The notes: generated from the letters alone by a model not told the origin. Shown: positions 9,579 through 19,577, counted from the first letter of the stretch. The stretch is DNA of 64,000 nucleotides from an uncultured Trueperaceae bacterium (GCA_963727505.1 CAVSGP010000004.1:224001-288000); one strand, 5' to 3'. Made by a program: numbers and translations.

Positions 9579-10783
9579 GGTTGTGCTCCCCTCGCCGGGG
9601 GCCCCCTCCTCGAGGGTTCCCGCTGCGCCTTCTCGGCTGCCTCGCGTTGCTGGCTGACCGCCATCGCCGCCTCCTGGGTGATGTCGATGCCGACCGGGCA
9701 CCAGGCGATGCACCGCCCGCACCCGACACACCCCGACGTACCGAACTGGTCGAACCAGCTGCTGAGCTTGTGCGTCAACCACTGGCGGTAGCGCGCCGAC
9801 ACGCTCTGCCGGACGCTTCCACCGTGCAGGTAGCTGAACTCCAAACCGAAGCAGGAGTCCCAATCGCGACTCCGCTCGGCCACCCGGCCCTCCAGGTCGG
9901 TCGTGTCCACGACGGTGGTGCAGAAGCAGGTCGGGCACACCAGGGTGCAGTTGGCGCATGCCAGGCAGCGTTCGGCGACCTCCGCGAAGAGCGCGAGCTC
10001 GTGCCCCTGCGCGAGGGCTGTCCGCGCGGCCTCAGAATCGAGCGATCTCTCCATGCTCCGCCCCGCGTCCTCCACCCTGGAGGCGCGTTCCGACCGTTCG
10101 TCCTCGCTCGCTGGGCGGCCGCCCAGTGCGTCGAGCAGTGCCAGGCCACGCTCGCTGGCGGCGCGCGCCACGAAGCCGTGTCGCTCCGCGTCGATGAGTT
10201 CGGTCAGCACCACGTCGACGCTCCCTGCCGCATCGTCGAGGCCGGGCCCCGTACCCATGGAGGCACAGAAGCAGGTGGCCCCTGGCCGGGTGCATTCCAC
10301 GACGACGAGGAAAGCGCCCTCGCGTCGCGCCGCGTAGATGCCGTCGACGTGCGGGCCGTTCATGAGAACGCGGTCCTGCACGCCGATGGCGGCCAGGTCG
10401 CAAGGCCGGACGCCGAAGAGTGCGAGGGGGCGGTCGGGTCCCGGCTCGGCTCGCACCTGCAGACCGCCGGGGCCGTCACGCCGAGCGGTGAACAGGCGCG
10501 TCTCGGGTGGGTGAAGGTAGCGCTTGTAGCTGTGCGCGCCAACCCGGAAACCGAAGCGTTCGGCCGCGCGCGTCGGATCGTCCTCGGTTCGCACCAGGCG
10601 GTATTGCCCGGGGGCCGCCTCGTCCGACCAGCCGCGAGGCAGCTCGTCGCCGACGGCGACCTCGTCCAGCACCAGGGTCTCGTGCTCCACGCGCGGCGCG
10701 ATCACGCGGTAGCCGCGCGCCAGCAGAGCCTCCACCAGACGTTCGGGGGCGTCGTTCTCGAGCCAGACCGGGTCGCTCATCAC
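9575..10783 (-). CDS. Hydrogenase beta subunit (4Fe-4S dicluster)
   Basis: 'GVRPCD', 'CFC', 'CLACANCTLVCPTCFC', 'CVGCGRCIAWCP'. Confidence 0.9.
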   Translation of the reverse strand: MMSDPVWLENDAPERLVEALLARGYRVIAPRVEHETLVLDEVAVGDELPRGWSDEAAPGQYRLVRTEDDPTRAAERFGFRVGAHSYKRYLHPPETRLFTARRDGPGGLQVRAEPGPDRPLALFGVRPCDLAAIGVQDRVLMNGPHVDGIYAARREGAFLVVVECTRPGATCFCASMGTGPGLDDAAGSVDVVLTELIDAERHGFVARAASERGLALLDALGGRPASEDERSERASRVEDAGRSMERSLDSEAARTALAQGHELALFAEVAERCLACANCTLVCPTCFCTTVVDTTDLEGRVAERSRDWDSCFGLEFSYLHGGSVRQSVSARYRQWLTHKLSSWFDQFGTSGCVGCGRCIAWCPVGIDITQEAAMAVSQQREAAEKAQREPSRRGPPARGAQP

Positions 10784-11064
10784 ACGTTCCCTCCCGCGCC
10801 GAAAGACCCCGGCGTCGGCCCGCCGGGCGCGGCACGGAACCCGTCCGCGCGATCGTTGGATTTCGTATCGATCCTGGCGATGCTCGGCACACGACCTCCC
10901 GACCGATGCCCGGCACGCCCCACGACCTCGCTTTCACGCTACGAAGGCGGGACGCAAGTCAGCCACGGCGTTTACACGACACTGCCTGTGGGACTTTTAC
11001 CGACCGTTGGCGGCCCTTGGTCATCCTCTCACCGCGACCGGAACGCGTCCTGGTAGAAGGGGCC

Positions 11065-12219
11065 ATGCGCCGCCCGCTTCAGCTCCTGGCGATCCTGCTG
11101 GTCCTCGCCTCGGCCTCCGCCGCCACGCCCTTCACCGTCGGCGTGATCGTCTCCAAAGAGGGCACGGCCCGCGTCACCGGCGACGCCGAAGCGCTCGCCG
11201 CCATCGCCTACGCCTCGCGCGTGCGGGCGTCCGGCGGCATCTTCGGTACCCCCCTGGAGCTCCGCGTCGAGGACGACGCGGGGGATCCGACGAAGGCCGT
11301 CCAGATCGCCCGAACGCTCATCGGTGACGGTATCGACGCGCTCGTGTGCTGTACCACCGAAGCGGCCTCGGAGCCGGTGGCCCGGCTCGCCGAGGCGTCC
11401 GGCGTGGCCCTGCTGTCGATGTCGACGCTCGACGGCGCGGGCGGCACGCCGTACTGGAGTTTTTCGCTCGCTCCGCGCGACGAGGACGCGCTGGCTGCGG
11501 TGGTGGCGGACGCCAGCGCGCGCGGCCTCGGGAGCCTGGCCCTGATGACACTCGACAACGGCTTCGGAGACGTTGCCGTGAAGGACCTGAAGGCTCTGCT
11601 GTCCGTGGCCGGACTCGGTTACGCAGCGGAGGCCCGCTACCCGCCGGGGGCCGATGTCCTCACGCCCGAGGCGCTCTGGATCGCCACGCGCCAACCCGGT
11701 GGCGTGGTGATATGGGGTCTCAAGAACGATCTTCTCGCCGCGATCGATGGTCTCCACCGCCGCGGCTACCGCGGCCCGGTGTACGCCCGCAGCGCCCTGT
11801 TGAAACCAGTGATGGGCGGACTGGCGCTGAGCCGGCTCGAGGGCGTTCGCTTCGCGGTGGCGCCGGTGACCGTGGCGCAGGGTCTTCCGCCTACCGCGAC
11901 CTGCGCAGAGGCCGCCCGGACCGCCGCCGACCGCTTGCTCGGCGTGTACGGCGGCATCATCGACCTGGCACCCGCCGCGTCCGCGTACGACGCGATCGAG
12001 CTGTTGAGGGCGGCCTTCGAGCAGGTCGCCGCGCTGCGCCTGCCGGACAGCGACGCCTCTGCTCGCCGGCAGGCGGTGCGCGACTCCCTCGTCGGCCTTC
12101 CCCCGACCTGCGGCGCGGGCGGGCTCTACGACCTGCGCGAGGGCAAGCGCGACGCCGTCGAACCGGCGGGACTGGCGATCGCTGTGGTGCAGGGAGGCCG
12201 GCTGGAGGCCGCACCTTAA
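11065..12219 (+). CDS. ABC transporter substrate-binding protein, LivK-type (orphan)
   Basis: Signal peptide; 'GGIFG.PLEL.VEDD.GDP' and 'YDA' motifs of the PBP type-1 fold. Confidence 0.8.
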   Translation: MRRPLQLLAILLVLASASAATPFTVGVIVSKEGTARVTGDAEALAAIAYASRVRASGGIFGTPLELRVEDDAGDPTKAVQIARTLIGDGIDALVCCTTEAASEPVARLAEASGVALLSMSTLDGAGGTPYWSFSLAPRDEDALAAVVADASARGLGSLALMTLDNGFGDVAVKDLKALLSVAGLGYAAEARYPPGADVLTPEALWIATRQPGGVVIWGLKNDLLAAIDGLHRRGYRGPVYARSALLKPVMGGLALSRLEGVRFAVAPVTVAQGLPPTATCAEAARTAADRLLGVYGGIIDLAPAASAYDAIELLRAAFEQVAALRLPDSDASARRQAVRDSLVGLPPTCGAGGLYDLREGKRDAVEPAGLAIAVVQGGRLEAAP

Positions 12220-12356
12220 GGAACCACCGTCGAGGGGGCCACGGTGAGCCACGGCCCCAGCGAGGCCACGACGGGCGCGTCGGGCGCGTCGGGCCCCGTT
12301 TGGAGCCCCGGGGGGCAAGACCGGGCGCAGAACCGGCCCGCGGTACACTGGCGACA

Positions 12357-13469
12357 ATGATCGAGAAGCTGAACACCCTCACGGACGAGTTCGAGGCGCT
12401 CGAACGAAGTCTTGCGGACCCGGCGTTGATCGCGGACACCGGGCGCTACCGCGAGGCCATGCAGCGATACAGCGAACTCAAAGAGATCGTCGATGTCTTC
12501 AGGGAGTACCGCGACGCGAGCCGGCAGCTCGACGAGGCCCACGAGCTCGAGGGCGATCCCGAACTCGGAGACGAGGCGCGGGCCGAGACCGAACTGCTGC
12601 AGCCACGCATCGAAGCGCTCGAGCAGTCCCTGGAGCGCCTGCTCCTCCCCACCGACCCTTTCGACGACAAGGACGTCATCGTCGAGGTACGGGCGGCCGC
12701 AGGGGGCGACGAGGCCTCGCTCTTCGCTCGCGAGGTGCTCGACATGTACCTGCGTTACGCCGAGGGCCTCGGTTACGGCACGGAACTGCTCGATTCGCAC
12801 CCGACCGACGTCGGCGGCCTGTCCAAGGTCTCGTTCGAGATCCACGGCCGCGGGGCTTACAGCCGTTTCAAGTTCGAGTCGGGGGTGCATCGGGTACAGC
12901 GCGTACCCGCCACCGAGGCGCAGGGACGCATCCACACCAGCACGGTGACGGTGGCGGTACTGCCCGAGGCCGAGGACGTCGATGTCCACCTCTCCGGGTC
13001 GGACTACCGGATCGACGTGTACCGTTCCAGCGGCCCCGGCGGTCAGTCGGTGAACACTACCGACTCGGCGGTGCGGGTCACGTACAGGGCGGGCACCGCC
13101 GACGAGATCGTGGTGACATGCCAGGACGGCAAGTCGCAGATCAAGAACAAGGAGAAGGCGCTGGCGGTGTTGCGCGCGCGGCTGCTCGAGCGCGAGCGTG
13201 AGCGCGCGCTCGTCGAAGCGCGGGAGGCACGCCTTGTGCAGATCGGCAGCGGTGAGCGCAGCGAGAAGGTGCGCACCTACAACTTCCCGCAGTCGCGCGT
13301 GACCGATCACCGCATCGGCTACACCACCCGCGACCTGCAAGGGGTGCTGCTCGGCGGCCTTCAGGAGCTGACGGCGGCACTCTCGGAGGCCGAGCAGGGG
13401 CGCCGGCTGGAAGCGATGGCGGCGAAGCCCTCGAACGGCGAGACCGCGGCGGCCGGTGGCACGGCGTGA
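12357..13469 (+). CDS. prfA: Peptide chain release factor 1
   Basis: GGQ motif, 'HRVQRVPAT' (PxT RF1 motif), 'RTYNFPQ.R.TDHRI'. Confidence 0.97.
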   Translation: MIEKLNTLTDEFEALERSLADPALIADTGRYREAMQRYSELKEIVDVFREYRDASRQLDEAHELEGDPELGDEARAETELLQPRIEALEQSLERLLLPTDPFDDKDVIVEVRAAAGGDEASLFAREVLDMYLRYAEGLGYGTELLDSHPTDVGGLSKVSFEIHGRGAYSRFKFESGVHRVQRVPATEAQGRIHTSTVTVAVLPEAEDVDVHLSGSDYRIDVYRSSGPGGQSVNTTDSAVRVTYRAGTADEIVVTCQDGKSQIKNKEKALAVLRARLLERERERALVEAREARLVQIGSGERSEKVRTYNFPQSRVTDHRIGYTTRDLQGVLLGGLQELTAALSEAEQGRRLEAMAAKPSNGETAAAGGTA

Positions 13470-13929
13470 GTTCGTCGTTGCCGCGGCGATCCTGCTGGAC
13501 GCCCAAGGGCGCGTCCTGCTCGTAGGCAACGACTGGCAAGGGTACGGGAACGTCCGCTACACGCTTCCGGGAGGGGTGGTGGAACGCGGGGAGTCGACGC
13601 TCGACGCCCTCCGTCGCGAGGTCCGCGAGGAGACGGGCCTCGTCCTCACGGAGATCACCCACCTGGCGTACGCCGTGCACGTGGAGGACCGTCGTCGTAA
13701 CGACCGCGCCGTGTCCTTCGCCTTCCACGCCCGCTACGACGGCCTCCTGAACCCGCGAGATCCCGACGGCTTCATCGTCGAGGCCCGGTTCTTCCCAGCC
13801 GAAGACGTCAAGAGCATCATCCCCATCCCGCCGCTGCGTGACCCGCTGGTGGCCTACTTGCAGGGCCAGCGTCCCGGCACGTTCTACGCCTACGCCGGCT
13901 GGGACGGTCGCGACGTGCAGCCGGCATGA
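13456..13929 (+). CDS. NUDIX hydrolase
   Basis: Nudix box GG.VERGE.....LRREVREETG. Confidence 0.9.
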   Translation: MARREFVVAAAILLDAQGRVLLVGNDWQGYGNVRYTLPGGVVERGESTLDALRREVREETGLVLTEITHLAYAVHVEDRRRNDRAVSFAFHARYDGLLNPRDPDGFIVEARFFPAEDVKSIIPIPPLRDPLVAYLQGQRPGTFYAYAGWDGRDVQPA

Positions 13930-13954
13930 GGCGCGGCCCTGATAGCATGCCGCC

Positions 13955-15187
13955 ATGGACGTACCCAGCGGGCTCGCTCCGGCCGAGGCGGTCGGCATCC
14001 TGCAGCAGGACGCTCCCACCCTCGGAAGTGAGCGCGTCGATCTGATCGACGCGCTGGGGCGCGTCCTCGCCGACGACCTCGCCAGCCTGTGCGACCACCC
14101 CGGCGTCGACAACTCGGCGCTCGACGGCTATGCCTGCAGGGCGGCGGATACGTCCGCCGCCCGCGAAGCGACGCCGGCAAGGCTCAGGCTCGTGGGCGAA
14201 GCGCCCGCAGGTCGCCCCTTCGAGGGTCGGGTAGAGCCCGGGGAGGCGGTCCGCATCTTCACGGGCGCCGCCGTTCCGGACGGCGCCGACGGCATCGTCC
14301 CGGTCGAGGCAAGTCACGAGGGCGAGGACGGTCTGATCGAGCTCTCGCAGCCGGCGCGTGCCGCCGACATCCGACGACGCGCCCAGGATCTCGTAGACGG
14401 ACAGGTCTATCTTCAACGTGGGCGGCGGCTGGATGCCGCCACCATCGGGCTCGCGGGCGGCATGGGGCACGCGACCGTGCCGGTGATGCGCCGGCCGCGG
14501 GTGGCGCTCCTGACCACCGGCGACGAGGTCGTGGATCCCGGCCGGACGCTCGAGCGCGGGCAGGTCTATGACAGCAACGGTGCATCGCTCATGGCGCTGG
14601 GCCAGGCGGCAGGGGCCGATATGCTCCGGCTACCCCGCGTCGGCGACGATGCCGATGCCCTCGAGCGCGCCCTGGAGCCGCTCGGGGCCGTGGACCTGCT
14701 GCTCACCTCCGGCGGCGTGTCGATGGGGCGCTACGACCGGGTGCGCGACCTGTTGTTCGGTCGGGGAACGGTGCGCTTCTGGAAGGTCGCCATGAAGCCC
14801 GGCGGACCCGCCCTCTACGGCCGGCTCGGAGAGCTCCCGGTGTTGGGCCTGCCCGGAAACCCGGTATCCAGCATGGTGGTCTTCCTGGTGCTTGCCCGAG
14901 CCTTCCTCGACGCCGCCCTCGGTCGCAGCGACCCGCCGCCCTACCTCGACCGGCGACCGGCTCGCGCGGGCACGGCCTTCCGCGGAGCGGCGCTCAAGGA
15001 GAGCCTGCCGCGTGCCCGGTTGACGCACAGCGACGACGGGCTGGTCGCCGTGGGATTGGTGAACCAGTCCTCGGGCGTGTTGCGCTCGATGAGCGAAGGC
15101 GACGCGCTCGCCGTGGTGCCGCCTGGGCGCGATATCGATGCCGGTGAGCCGCTCGACGTGATCCCGCTGGCGGAGCACCTGCGGTGA
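13955..15187 (+). CDS. moeA: Molybdopterin molybdotransferase MoeA
   Basis: 'SALDGYA', 'TGDE', 'SGGVSMG.YD', 'MKPG', 'LPGNPVS'. Confidence 0.93.
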   Translation: MDVPSGLAPAEAVGILQQDAPTLGSERVDLIDALGRVLADDLASLCDHPGVDNSALDGYACRAADTSAAREATPARLRLVGEAPAGRPFEGRVEPGEAVRIFTGAAVPDGADGIVPVEASHEGEDGLIELSQPARAADIRRRAQDLVDGQVYLQRGRRLDAATIGLAGGMGHATVPVMRRPRVALLTTGDEVVDPGRTLERGQVYDSNGASLMALGQAAGADMLRLPRVGDDADALERALEPLGAVDLLLTSGGVSMGRYDRVRDLLFGRGTVRFWKVAMKPGGPALYGRLGELPVLGLPGNPVSSMVVFLVLARAFLDAALGRSDPPPYLDRRPARAGTAFRGAALKESLPRARLTHSDDGLVAVGLVNQSSGVLRSMSEGDALAVVPPGRDIDAGEPLDVIPLAEHLR

Positions 15188-15765
15188 GCCCGGCCCCAGT
15201 GCAGCTGCGCGAGGCTCCGCTTTCCCACGGCTTCTACGCCCGCCCGGCGGACCAGGTCGCGCGCGACCTGCTCGGGCAGCGTCTGTGCGTCGAGCAGGGC
15301 GGGCGCCGCTCGCTCACGCGCATCGTCGAGACCGAGGCCTACCTCGGCGAGATGGACCTCGCCTGTCACGCCTCGCGCGGCCTCACCCCTCGTACCCGGA
15401 CCCTCTATGGACCTCCCGGCACCGCCTACGTCTATCTGATCTACGGACTGCACCATCTGTTCAACGTCGTTGTTCTGGCCGAAGGCGAGCCGCACGCCGT
15501 GCTCGTCCGTGCCGTCGAACCGCTCTCGGAGCTGACGGCCCGCACCGACGGACCCGGCCGGCTGACCCGTGCGCTGGGCATCGATCTCTCGCACAACGGC
15601 ATCGAACTCGCCGGTCCACCGGTCTCGATCCTGCCGGGCGACCCTCCAGCCCGCGTGGGCGTAGACCGTCGCATCGGCGTCGACTACGCCGGCGACTGGG
15701 CGGCCGCTCCGCTACGCTTCGTCGACGTCGCCTCGACCCACCTCTCGCGCCCCACGCGGCGCTGA
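15184..15765 (+). CDS. DNA-3-methyladenine glycosylase (MPG/AAG family)
   Basis: 'IVETEAY', 'YVYLIYG', 'AVLVRA', 'GPGRL', 'RIG'. Confidence 0.92.
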   Translation: MSPAPVQLREAPLSHGFYARPADQVARDLLGQRLCVEQGGRRSLTRIVETEAYLGEMDLACHASRGLTPRTRTLYGPPGTAYVYLIYGLHHLFNVVVLAEGEPHAVLVRAVEPLSELTARTDGPGRLTRALGIDLSHNGIELAGPPVSILPGDPPARVGVDRRIGVDYAGDWAAAPLRFVDVASTHLSRPTRR

Positions 15766-15798
15766 CGCCAGCCCGGGCGCGCACCCGCAGAAGCGTCG

Positions 15799-16731
15799 TC
15801 AGCGGCCCTGCGGGAACTCCTCCCGCGGCGTCAGACTGGTGTCGCGCACGCCCGCCTCGAAGGGCTCGACGTGCACCGTCGTCACCAGGTCCGAGAGCTC
15901 GGCATGCATGCGGTCCTCGAGCCTCGCCACCAGACGGTGAGCGTCGCGCACGCTCAACTCCGGATCGACGAAGACGTCGACCTCGGCGAAACGCGCGCGT
16001 CCGGCCCCGCGGGTCCGCAGGCGGTGGTATCCCTTGACCTCGGGCGCGTCGTCGAGCACCCTCAGGATGATGTGCTCCTCGGCCTCGGGGAGCCGCTCGT
16101 CCAGCAGCTCCGAGACCGAGTGCCGGAGCACGCGGACGCCCACGGCCACGATGTTGAACGCCACCAGGATGGCGATGATGGGGTCGAGCGGGCCCCAGCC
16201 TGTGATGGCCACCAGCGCCACGGCCAGCACCACGCCGATCGACGTCCAGACGTCGGTGAGCAGGTGGCGGGCGTTGGCTTCCAGGGCCGCCGAGCGCTCG
16301 CGACGCCCTGTCCGGAACAGGAAGGCCGCCAGGCCGCCGTTGACCGCCGCGGCCAGCGCCGCGATCAAGGAGCCGAACACGATGTGCTCGAGCGCCTGCG
16401 GGTGTAGCAGGCGCTGCACCGCGGTGACCAGGATGACCATCGCCGCTACGACGATCAGCGTGGCCTCGAGCACGCTCGAGAGGTACTCGGCCTTGGAGTG
16501 ACCGTATGGGTGGCGGTAATCGGGCGGCGTCCCCGCCACCGACAGGGCGATCATCAGCGCGACCGCCGCCACCAGGTTCACCAGTGACTCGGCGGCGTCG
16601 GACAGGAAGCCGACCGAACCGGTGAGCGCGTAGGCGCCGAACTTCAGGATCAGGATGACCAGGGCACCGACGAGGCCGACGCGTGCCGCACGCCGCCGTA
16701 CGGCGCCGCCGTCGTCAGCCCCGGTGCTCAC
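15799..16731 (-). CDS. Cation diffusion facilitator transporter (FieF-like)
   Basis: 'SDAAES', 'HPYGHSKAE', 'HLLTD', plus a C-terminal dimerisation domain. Confidence 0.9.
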   Translation of the reverse strand: MSTGADDGGAVRRRAARVGLVGALVILILKFGAYALTGSVGFLSDAAESLVNLVAAVALMIALSVAGTPPDYRHPYGHSKAEYLSSVLEATLIVVAAMVILVTAVQRLLHPQALEHIVFGSLIAALAAAVNGGLAAFLFRTGRRERSAALEANARHLLTDVWTSIGVVLAVALVAITGWGPLDPIIAILVAFNIVAVGVRVLRHSVSELLDERLPEAEEHIILRVLDDAPEVKGYHRLRTRGAGRARFAEVDVFVDPELSVRDAHRLVARLEDRMHAELSDLVTTVHVEPFEAGVRDTSLTPREEFPQGR

Positions 16732-17126
16732 GCCGTCTCGTCCTCGTCAGGGGCGCCCTCCGCGGAGGAAGCGTCCCCTTCCGTGGCGAGATCGTCGGCG
16801 CCACCGAGTACCTCCTCGGGATCGGCGCCGGCCGCGATGGCACCCATGATGGCCTCCAACTCCTCGCCCTCGAAATCCGTGACGGTCTCCTCGATCAGTC
16901 GCAGGGCGCGCTCCGCCTCAGGCTCTGGGACGAGCACCACCGCCGAGCCGACGCCGCTGGCGCCAAGGTTGGAGAACACGTCGGTGAGGAGGTCCGAGCC
17001 GCGCACCATGGCGACCATCCCTTCCTCTTCGAGGAGTGCCGCCACCATCTCCGCCAGCGCCTGGGCCGGCGCCACGTCCACGATGGTCCACCGGTCCCCG
17101 TTGATGACGACGGTCTGTCCCTTCAC
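16728..17126 (-). CDS. Hypothetical protein (DUF2007-like)
   Basis: 'AEMVAALLEEEG...VLVPE.EAERA' pattern; translationally coupled to its neighbours. Confidence 0.6.
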   Translation of the reverse strand: MKGQTVVINGDRWTIVDVAPAQALAEMVAALLEEEGMVAMVRGSDLLTDVFSNLGASGVGSAVVLVPEPEAERALRLIEETVTDFEGEELEAIMGAIAAGADPEEVLGGADDLATEGDASSAEGAPDEDETA

Positions 17127-17127
17127 G

Positions 17128-18288
17128 TCACTTCACCCCCTGTCCGAGGAACGCGTGCGCCAATGCGCGATAACCAGCCCGGGCCACATGCAGGCTGGCG
17201 ACCTCCACGCTCTCGTCGGTGGTGTGCGCCAGCTCCTCCTCGCCGGGGCCGAAGCCGACCACCACGCCGCCCGAGCGGACCAGGTGCGGGGCGTCGGTCG
17301 CGAACCACCAGGTGCGCTCCTCCAGGGCTCGGCCGGCCTCCGCCAATGCCGCGCGCAACGCACCGCGGGCCGTCTCGATGACGGGACTCTCGCCGGGAGC
17401 CAGGTAGGCGTCGACCGAACGGGGGAACTCCCGCCGCAACGCCCCGTCCTCGCTCTGTGCGTATTCGGTGGGGACGGTGATCTCGACGCGCGGATCGGCG
17501 GCGATCTCCTGGAGGCGCCGCATCACGCTCGCCTCGTCGTCGCCCGGGATGGTGCGGTAGTCGACGGTCAGCACCGCCGAGCCCGGCACGACGTTGACGC
17601 CGCCCTCCGGGAAGGTCAGGAGCTGGGTGGGTGTGGCGCTGGACCCGTGCAGCGGGCCGCCCGCGGGAAGCTCGGCGCGCTCCAGCCGTTCGAGGAAATG
17701 TGCGGCGTTCAATAGCGCGTTCTCTCCCAGCTCCGCCTTGGCCGCGTGCGCGATGCGCCCGGGGAAGCGCACCTCGAGCTCGATGCGGCCCCGGTGTCCG
17801 AGCATCAGGTCGAGTTTGCTCGGCTCGCCCAGTACGATCACATCGGCGGCCAGGCTCTCGCCCAGGAAGCGCGCACCCAGCCCCCCGACCTCCTCTTGCA
17901 CCACGCCAGCGACGACCAGCGTGCCGGCGAAACCCGTCCGCGCGGCGTCGGCCGCCGCCAGCGTCATGCAGGCCAGGGCGCTCTTCATGTCGCACGCGCC
18001 GCGCCCCCATAGCCGCCCGTCCACCACCGCGCCGGACAGCGGGGGCTGCGGCCACAGCGAGGCATCGCCCACCGGCACGGTGTCGAGATGACCGTTGAAC
18101 ATCACCACAGGCCCGTCGCCGCGCCGGAACACGCCGAGCACGTTGCCGGCCTCATCGCGCCGTACCTCGTCGAAACCGAGTTCGCCGAAGGCGCGCAGCA
18201 GCACCTCCGCCGCCGGGTCCTCCCGACCCGAGGGGCTAGGAGCGCGGATCAGGTCGGAGGCGAGCGTCACCAGGGCGTCGGAATCCAT
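17128..18288 (-). CDS. M20/M25/M40 metallo-hydrolase (ArgE/DapE-like)
   Basis: 'GHLDTVP', 'GRGACDMK', 'QEE', 'GEPS', 'AHT.DE'. Confidence 0.9.
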   Translation of the reverse strand: MDSDALVTLASDLIRAPSPSGREDPAAEVLLRAFGELGFDEVRRDEAGNVLGVFRRGDGPVVMFNGHLDTVPVGDASLWPQPPLSGAVVDGRLWGRGACDMKSALACMTLAAADAARTGFAGTLVVAGVVQEEVGGLGARFLGESLAADVIVLGEPSKLDLMLGHRGRIELEVRFPGRIAHAAKAELGENALLNAAHFLERLERAELPAGGPLHGSSATPTQLLTFPEGGVNVVPGSAVLTVDYRTIPGDDEASVMRRLQEIAADPRVEITVPTEYAQSEDGALRREFPRSVDAYLAPGESPVIETARGALRAALAEAGRALEERTWWFATDAPHLVRSGGVVVGFGPGEEELAHTTDESVEVASLHVARAGYRALAHAFLGQGVK

Positions 18289-18348
18289 GCCTGGCATCAT
18301 ACGAACTTTCCCATCGCCGCCCCGCGCTGCGTCGGCTATCCTCCGGGC

Positions 18349-19140
18349 ATGACGCAGCTCGCCTGGGACTGCGGCGCCTGCGGCCACCACAACGCCGCCG
18401 GGGCCGTGTGCGCGGCGTGTGGGGTCGCCAAGCGCTACCTCGACGACCCGCCGCTCGATCTCCCGTTCCCGCCACGCCTCACGGCTCTCCCCGGCTTCTA
18501 CGCCGGGCTGCTGTGGACGGCCGTCGCCCTGCTCGCCGCCGCGCTGCTGCTGGCGCCGGGGTGGCGCACCGCGCTCGGCCTCGGCCCGGTGTTCGTAGGG
18601 TTGGGCCTGGCGTCGGCGGCGGGCGCCGCCTGGTCGTCCCTCGTCGACGCGCTGTGGCAGCGCTCGTTCAACGAGATGCGGCTCGAGGTGCCCGAGACCG
18701 CCCGTAGCGGCGAGCCCTTCGAGGCCACCCTGACGCTGGTGCCCTACGACCGCGTCGCACCGGTGCACGTGAGCTTCGCGCTCGTCGACAACTTCTACCA
18801 GCGCGCGAGCGACGGCAGCGTGCAGACACGCACGCGCCGCCTCGACCGGCAGGTCGCGATGTTCGGCGAGCCTCTCCGCGGGCGCCACACGCACGTGCTC
18901 AAGGCCCTCTTCCCCGCGCCCTTCCCGGCGACGCGCCATACCGACCTGGTCGCAGAGGCGATGGCGTCGCTGCTGGGCGTCCTGGGGTGGGTGGTTCCGG
19001 GTCTCAGTTTCACGGCGCGCAACCTCAAAGAGCACGGCGGCTACTTCGTCAGCGCCAGCGTGCGCGTGGGTTGGCTGCGGCGCACCTTCAAGCGCCGGGT
19101 GATCACCTACTTCGTCGGCGCCGACCTCTACGTCGGTTGA
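18349..19140 (+). CDS. Hypothetical membrane protein with N-terminal RanBP2-type zinc ribbon
   Basis: WDCGACGHHNAAGAVCAACG followed by two TM helices; TATCCT box 6 nt upstream of the ATG. Confidence 0.7.
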   Translation: MTQLAWDCGACGHHNAAGAVCAACGVAKRYLDDPPLDLPFPPRLTALPGFYAGLLWTAVALLAAALLLAPGWRTALGLGPVFVGLGLASAAGAAWSSLVDALWQRSFNEMRLEVPETARSGEPFEATLTLVPYDRVAPVHVSFALVDNFYQRASDGSVQTRTRRLDRQVAMFGEPLRGRHTHVLKALFPAPFPATRHTDLVAEAMASLLGVLGWVVPGLSFTARNLKEHGGYFVSASVRVGWLRRTFKRRVITYFVGADLYVG

Positions 19141-19481
19141 GCGGGGCCGCCCGCCATGCGCAGCGCCAGCTCGTCGTCGGGCCACCAACCGAAGCGCGCC
19201 ATGTCCACGCGTCCGCCCTCCAGCTCCACGCCTTCGGCCCGCAGCAGCGCCGTCTGCAGCTCGCCGTGACCCACCTTGTAGGTGGAGATGCCACCGCGGG
19301 CGTTCACCACGCGCTGCCACGGGACGTCCCCGTCGGCCTCCCGCAGACCGCGCAGCACCGCGCCCACGGCCCGCGCGGCGCCCGGCCTCCCCGCCAGCAG
19401 CGCCACACGACCGTAGCTCACCACGCGGCCCTCGGGAACGGCGCGTACCACCCGCAGCACCGCACTCCGGAACGGATCCAT
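19128..19481 (-). CDS. Alkyltransferase-like (ATL/MGMT family) DNA-binding protein
   Basis: 'VPEGRVVSYG', 'ARAVG', 'PWQRVV' (Trp in place of the catalytic Cys), 'LLRAEGV'. Confidence 0.88.
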   Translation of the reverse strand: MDPFRSAVLRVVRAVPEGRVVSYGRVALLAGRPGAARAVGAVLRGLREADGDVPWQRVVNARGGISTYKVGHGELQTALLRAEGVELEGGRVDMARFGWWPDDELALRMAGGPAQPT

Positions 19482-19577
19482 GCCCCATGCTAGCGGGCGG
19501 GCCTCGTCGCAGCCGGCAGTGAAGCCACGTTCATCGCGTCACCCGCCACGATGCGGAGGCGCGCCGTAGACTGCGCC

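Noticed and set aside
3655..10783. tRNA-Arg(CCT) as the integration site of a hydrogenase island
   Set aside because: No integrase or duplicated tRNA 3' end was found, and the intervening genes look resident.
10856..10874. Possible FNR/CRP site (TGGATTTCGTATCGATCC) near the hydrogenase start
   Set aside because: Spacing and arms do not fit TTGAT-N4-ATCAA or TGTGA-N6-TCACA.
10985..11005. GGGACTTT resembling a DosR-box half-site upstream of the hydrogenase
   Set aside because: Only one half matches, and no cognate regulator is evident in the window.
12236..12296. Short repeats (GCCACG x3, CGGGCGCGT x2) before prfA
   Set aside because: Short, irregular and GC-rich, so consistent with chance. 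Not a CRISPR array.
11346..12356. Apparent 337-aa N-terminal extension of RF1 (similar extensions on tracks 10507, 17128-19488, 5598-7049, 7356-8768)
   Set aside because: Arg/Gly-rich off-frame read-through of neighbouring genes. The real starts are marked by -10 boxes, SDs or stop/start overlaps.
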